A program made the position numbers and the translations under genes. The notes under the pieces were generated by a model. The model had not been told where the DNA came from. It was given only the letters and a program-made list of their open reading frames with translations, and did not search any database. Of a stretch of DNA of 39,137 nucleotides, positions 35,374 through 39,137 are shown one piece after another. Every line of letters starts with the position of its first letter. Position 1 is the first letter of the stretch. Source of the stretch: Candidatus Thalassarchaeaceae archaeon (lineage in GTDB: Archaea > Thermoplasmatota > Poseidoniia > Poseidoniales > Thalassarchaeaceae); contig DASCSU010000001.1 of NCBI GenBank assembly GCA_034399495.1, positions 1 through 39,137 of the forward strand, in the 5' to 3' direction.

Positions 35374-35922
35374 TTGGCAATGTATCTATCCCGAATACCT
35401 TCGGCTAGAGAGGGAAATCCCTCAAAGCAGACCTACTCATTCGCCGGTTTGATGGGGGGGGATGAACTCGCTGCACGGTATCAAGCCGAAGTGGCTTCCA
35501 GCATTGCTGATGAATTAGATACACGATTATCAGAAATCACAAATCCTGAAGAAGATGGACGTTTTTCGGCTCTATCCTTGATTAATTTAGTAAAAGAAGG
35601 CCAGAGTTCTGATTTGGTTTCTGCATTGATGGTTAGGTTAGGTGGGGTGCGAGCGTCTCTAATTGGCCATGGCGGCAGTATCATAGTTGACAAAGTGGAA
35701 GTTATTGTCGTAGGTGGGGTGGAATCTGTTTCTTTGCAATTGAATCTGGATGGTGCTTGTATTGCATGCGGTGCTGCCCCCGGGACGCTTCAAGGGATAC
35801 AGAACGATTTATTGGAGGATGAAGAGATTTCATCGGTACTTTTCAGTGCATCAATGCTAGATGCTTTCGATGAATTAACTAGAGAATTCTTGAAATTGCA
35901 TGGGAATGTGACTTTTGTTTGA
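35374..35922 (+). CDS. NifU C-terminal (Nfu)-like Fe-S carrier domain protein
   Basis: The C-terminal half 'LQLNLDGACIACGAAPGTLQGIQNDLLED' matches the Nfu CxxC motif. The start is ambiguous (TTG 35374, ATG 35380 or ATG 35452, the last followed by a G8 run at 35454-35461). Confidence 0.7.
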   Translation: MAMYLSRIPSAREGNPSKQTYSFAGLMGGDELAARYQAEVASSIADELDTRLSEITNPEEDGRFSALSLINLVKEGQSSDLVSALMVRLGGVRASLIGHGGSIIVDKVEVIVVGGVESVSLQLNLDGACIACGAAPGTLQGIQNDLLEDEEISSVLFSASMLDAFDELTREFLKLHGNVTFV

Positions 35923-36015
35923 GGTGTTTGTATTCCAGCGAAACCTAGTCCTTGGCATTCTAATCTGGAGAGTTCACTTGCTCTAGCAGATTTCGGCCTT
36001 CCAGAGAATTATGAA

Positions 36016-36258
36016 TTGCGTTGGTTACCACTTCCACCATTCGATGATTGGATAATTCATGTTTCTTCAAACGGCCACGAAGCGGCTGTAATCGTAACTG
36101 CTAACCAAATGTTTCTGAGTGAAAATCTAGTTGCTCTATTAGTTGACAACGCAGCAGGGCGTCTCATCAAGATTGTAGCTACTCCGGAAGTTAGAGAAGT
36201 TGAGGATGAAATGCTTGAAATTCTAAAATCTTCTTCAATTCATCTCTTGCTATATTGA
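36016..36258 (+). CDS. Hypothetical protein (same frame as the upstream Nfu-like ORF, separated by one TGA)
   Basis: 80-aa ORF from a TTG start. The open frame actually extends back to the TGA at 35920-35922. I recognise no family. Confidence 0.35.
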   Translation: MRWLPLPPFDDWIIHVSSNGHEAAVIVTANQMFLSENLVALLVDNAAGRLIKIVATPEVREVEDEMLEILKSSSIHLLLY

Positions 36259-36294
36259 GAGAAATGATATTCCGAAGGAGGCGTTCCGCCCCTG

Positions 36295-36675
36295 ATGGTC
36301 GAAGATGACGCGGCGCAATCTGCAATCGCCGATGCAACTTCCAAGACCGATATAGATGGCTTAGATCGCAAAGTAACTGTCGAAGTAATCCACAAGCAAG
36401 AGGGATGGGGCGCTGCTGCTTGGACAGCAATTGGGATGCTGTTGATGGTAGCATTCATTGGTTCTTGGTACATGATGTCTAGCGATGGCTCTAGTAGCGG
36501 AATTGGCTTATTTGGCAGCGATGGAAATTGTGGTGATGGGGTTGACAATGACAATGATGGCAGAACTGATGAAGCGGATGGGGATTGTTACGATCAAGTC
36601 AACCCTTCTTTCCAAGGTTACAACAAGGGTCATTCAGAAGATGGGCGAAACGACCCCCCTAGTGGCGAAGCATAA
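36295..36675 (+). CDS. Small membrane-anchored protein with one MopE-like putative metal-binding motif
   Basis: 126 aa. Has the TM 'AAAWTAIGMLLMVAFIGSWYMM' followed by 'CGDGVDNDNDGRTDEADGDC', which resembles the C-x-DG-x-DNDCDG-x-x-DE 'putative metal-binding (MopE)' repeat. Confidence 0.55.
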   Translation: MVEDDAAQSAIADATSKTDIDGLDRKVTVEVIHKQEGWGAAAWTAIGMLLMVAFIGSWYMMSSDGSSSGIGLFGSDGNCGDGVDNDNDGRTDEADGDCYDQVNPSFQGYNKGHSEDGRNDPPSGEA

Positions 36676-36699
36676 CCTAGCGATGGCAACAAAAGGAAG

Positions 36700-38838
36700 G
36701 TGCTACCCCGCATTGTTAGCGGTGAGGGTGTGGCAGGTCATCAAGGACGTATAGCGAAGCCTTGTCGCGATGGTGACCATGGCAAATTTGAGGTCAAGTC
36801 TAGCGATGGCTGGGCACGTCTTGGGTTATTCCATACATCCACCCATATGTTGGCTACTCCTACTCTATTGCCAGTAGTTAACCCAAACATTAAGACAATT
36901 TCACCAAAAGAGATGTGGGATATCGGTTTCGAGGCTTTAATCACCAATTCATACATCATTTGGAAAGGAGAGGAACTCAAGGCACGTGCACTTTCAGAAG
37001 GGGTGCATGAACTACTGGATTATCCCGGGGTTGTAATGACTGATTCTGGAGTTTTTCAGCAGTATGTGTATGGTGATGTAGAGATTGGGGAGGTCGAAGT
37101 AGTAGAATTCCAGCGAGATATTGGAGTTGATATAGCCACAATGATGGATGTTTTTGGTCGCCCAGATATGACGCATGAAGAACTGAATGATGCAGTAAAT
37201 GAAACTGTATCTAGGGGGCCAGCAGCCTTAGATGCTGCAAAAGGTACTCTCCTAAATGGTCCTATTCAAGGAGGCACCAATCAGGAACTAAGAGCAATAT
37301 CAGCATCAAAGATGTCTGCAATGGATTTTGCAGTACACCCAATTGGAGGGATTGTTCCTTTAATGGAAAATCAAAGATATACTGATTTAATCAAGATCAT
37401 AGTTGCTAGTAAGTCTGCACTTACTCCTGAAAGGCCGGTCCATCTCTTTGGTTGTGGTCATCCAATATTATTTCCAATATGTGTGGCGCTAGGAATTGAT
37501 CTATTCGACTCTGCAGCATACGCTTTGTTTGCAAAGGATGACAGAATGTTGACTCCTACAGGTACAGTAAAGTTAGCAGAATTATCTGAATGGAATCATG
37601 TTTCACCTGCACTTTGGGGCAAGACTACTGAAGAGGTAAGAGGTCTACCAAAAGAAGAGAGAGCAGAACTTCTTGCAAGACACAATTTGCAGGTTACTGT
37701 GGCAGAATTAGCTCGATGCCGCGAGGCAGTACGCAGTGGTACAATCTGGAATCTAGTTGAGCAGCGTAGTCATTCTAATGCTGAGTTGCGTTTGGCTACT
37801 CTTTGGCTCTATGATAATATGCCAGATGATTTGGTTCATAATTCCCCACCATGTAGGCAAGGTGGAGTTAAATTTTCAGAAGAATTGGCGCTCCATCCTA
37901 GAATTATTAATGCTAATAGATGGTTGAAATGGAAGATGCCTCCAGCAGATCATCTTGGAAACGCTCTCGAGCCATCCGACCGAGTGGCGGTAATATTACG
38001 GGGCAGGCCAGGGCCTTGGAGGGAATCATACGGGCCTCTTGTATCTTCAATGGTTAGGGATTGGCCACAGATTATTCCTTTTATTTACACTCCAATATCA
38101 TTAATTCCGTATCAACTGGAAGATCTCAACCCATTTGCTCATCTAATGGCTCCACGACCTTATTGGAAAGGATCACATCAAGAATCAGAGGAAAATGAGA
38201 TATTTTCCTTAGTACATCACAGTAATTTTTTCAAAGACTATTCAGGAGATACTCATTCCTTCTATGTTGGAGATTGTGAGGATGATTTCTTTGAAAGACT
38301 TGAATCCCAATTGGGTGAAAAAAGACCTAAATCAGAGGGCACTAAACAAGATGTAAAGCGCCACCATCAACTCTATGCAATATGTGATAAGATAACTTTA
38401 TTTTCAGGACTTGGGTATGATGTAGTCCATTCTATAGCAAATAGTCTTTCATTTGTAATGAGTCGTACTAGGAGAGTAAACAACATTTTATTAGACGGCA
38501 TTCATATTTTCAGCCAAAGGCTAACCGATGGCGGTTTGAGTATTACAAATGAAGGAGCAAAATGGATCCATCAGCAGATGGTAGAGGGTGGAGAGGTTCC
38601 TTGTGTAATCATTGACAGCGACGCAGAACCCTTCATTCGTGATGGGAGAAATGTGATGCATGGGTTCATTCTTGGTAGCAAGGGCCCACTCCGAAATGGT
38701 ATGCCATGCTTGCTGGTAAATGAAGCTGGTGAACTTGTTGGGCATGGCATATCTCAGTGTGGGCAAAGGGAACTATTGTCATTCCGCAAGGGGATTGCAG
38801 TCAAGGTCAGAGGCGGCATCAATCTTGCAGGGGATTGA
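36700..38838 (+). CDS. tgtA: Archaeosine tRNA-guanine transglycosylase (ArcTGT) with C-terminal PUA domain
   Basis: 712 aa. Has 'FEVKSSDGWARLG...ATPTLLPVVNP', 'VVMTDSGVFQ', 'PVHLFGCGHPILFP...GIDLFDSAAYALFAKDDR' and 'LLARHNL', plus a C-terminal PUA-like 'AEPFIRDGRNVMHGFI...GMPCLLVNEAGELVGHG'. The start is GTG at 36700 or 36730. Confidence 0.88.
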   Translation: MLPRIVSGEGVAGHQGRIAKPCRDGDHGKFEVKSSDGWARLGLFHTSTHMLATPTLLPVVNPNIKTISPKEMWDIGFEALITNSYIIWKGEELKARALSEGVHELLDYPGVVMTDSGVFQQYVYGDVEIGEVEVVEFQRDIGVDIATMMDVFGRPDMTHEELNDAVNETVSRGPAALDAAKGTLLNGPIQGGTNQELRAISASKMSAMDFAVHPIGGIVPLMENQRYTDLIKIIVASKSALTPERPVHLFGCGHPILFPICVALGIDLFDSAAYALFAKDDRMLTPTGTVKLAELSEWNHVSPALWGKTTEEVRGLPKEERAELLARHNLQVTVAELARCREAVRSGTIWNLVEQRSHSNAELRLATLWLYDNMPDDLVHNSPPCRQGGVKFSEELALHPRIINANRWLKWKMPPADHLGNALEPSDRVAVILRGRPGPWRESYGPLVSSMVRDWPQIIPFIYTPISLIPYQLEDLNPFAHLMAPRPYWKGSHQESEENEIFSLVHHSNFFKDYSGDTHSFYVGDCEDDFFERLESQLGEKRPKSEGTKQDVKRHHQLYAICDKITLFSGLGYDVVHSIANSLSFVMSRTRRVNNILLDGIHIFSQRLTDGGLSITNEGAKWIHQQMVEGGEVPCVIIDSDAEPFIRDGRNVMHGFILGSKGPLRNGMPCLLVNEAGELVGHGISQCGQRELLSFRKGIAVKVRGGINLAGD

Positions 38839-38853
38839 TTCAAGGGCTCATAT

Positions 38854-38872
38854 CCCCTCACACAGTGAGGGG
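38854..38872 (+). promoter_or_regulatory. 8-bp hairpin CCCCTCAC-ACA-GTGAGGGG overlapping a Shine-Dalgarno-like GAGGGGG
   Basis: Read directly. It lies 16 nt after the tgtA stop, and its 3' arm ends about 10 nt before ATG 38883. It could act as a terminator or RNA-stability element, or could occlude the ribosome-binding site. Confidence 0.4.
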
Positions 38873-38882
38873 GTCGGCTGAT

Positions 38883-39137
38883 ATGACTGGAACAATCATT
38901 GAAACTGACCAACTAACCAAGATGTACGGTCCCCATGTTGCTCTTGACGACATGAGTTTGAAAATCAATAGTGGGGCTACAGGACTTCTTGGTCCAAATG
39001 GGGCTGGAAAAAGTACTCTCATCAAGACACTACTTGGTCTGATTCAACTTACCTCTGGGGAAGGAAAAGTGCTTGGGTATGACATTCGAACTCAGGGGGA
39101 TAGCATTCGTCAAAGAATTGGTTACATGCCTGAATAT
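38883..39137 (+). CDS. ABC transporter ATP-binding protein (5' fragment, runs off the window)
   Basis: Translation from ATG 38883 gives 'MTGTIIETDQLTKMYGPHVALDDMSLKINSGATGLLGPNGAGKSTLIKTLLGL...', with Walker A GPNGAGKST. There is no stop before the window end. Confidence 0.85.
   Translation, partial: MTGTIIETDQLTKMYGPHVALDDMSLKINSGATGLLGPNGAGKSTLIKTLLGLIQLTSGEGKVLGYDIRTQGDSIRQRIGYMPEY

Noticed and set aside
35920-35922. TGA as a selenocysteine codon
   Set aside because: No SECIS-like structure is evident, no selenoprotein family context applies (Nfu C-terminus), and no Sec machinery appears in the window. It is kept only as a low-interest read-through or pseudogene question.

Overview
This is a densely coding archaeal chromosomal window. 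Archaeal markers are transcription factor B, ribosomal protein L40e, archaeosine tRNA-guanine transglycosylase, an archaeal-type PheRS alpha subunit, UPF0147, and class III signal peptide proteins with an A24 prepilin peptidase. The mid-to-low GC, many large acidic exported proteins and a bacterial-style suf operon suggest an uncultivated marine Thermoplasmatota lineage (MG-II/Poseidoniales-like), but that is inference only. Housekeeping genes: aroA, purA, tfb, pheS, an AspC-type aminotransferase, folD, sufCBDS plus SufE and DUF59, an Nfu-like protein, tgtA, tRNA-Ala(UGC), tRNA-Thr(UGU), and a truncated ABC ATPase at the 3' edge. I saw no CRISPR array, transposase, integrase or recognisable defence gene. 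The two best candidates for an undescribed system are these. (1) A tight minus-strand operon at 1492-6416 encodes a prepilin peptidase, a pilin-like protein carrying a lamin-tail domain, three KaiC/RecA-like paralogs (one intact P-loop, at least one visibly inactivated, the third with no recognisable P-loop) and a second pilin-like protein. It has no PilB/ArlI-type secretion ATPase and no PilC/ArlJ platform, and it is translationally coupled to aroA. (2) An exported cluster at 11992-19815 encodes a cupredoxin-like anchored protein, two LVIVD-repeat beta-propeller paralogs, a SCO1/SenC copper chaperone and a thrombospondin-type-3/YHYH-domain protein, which suggests a copper-dependent extracellular enzyme system. 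Other oddities: a DUF302-SufE fusion, an ArcTGT whose CxCxxC zinc motif is replaced, a 1740-aa surface protein with a Q/W/Y-rich cytoplasmic tail, a C8/G8 hairpin in a 350-bp divergent intergenic region, and a single in-frame TGA separating the Nfu-like ORF from the next ORF.
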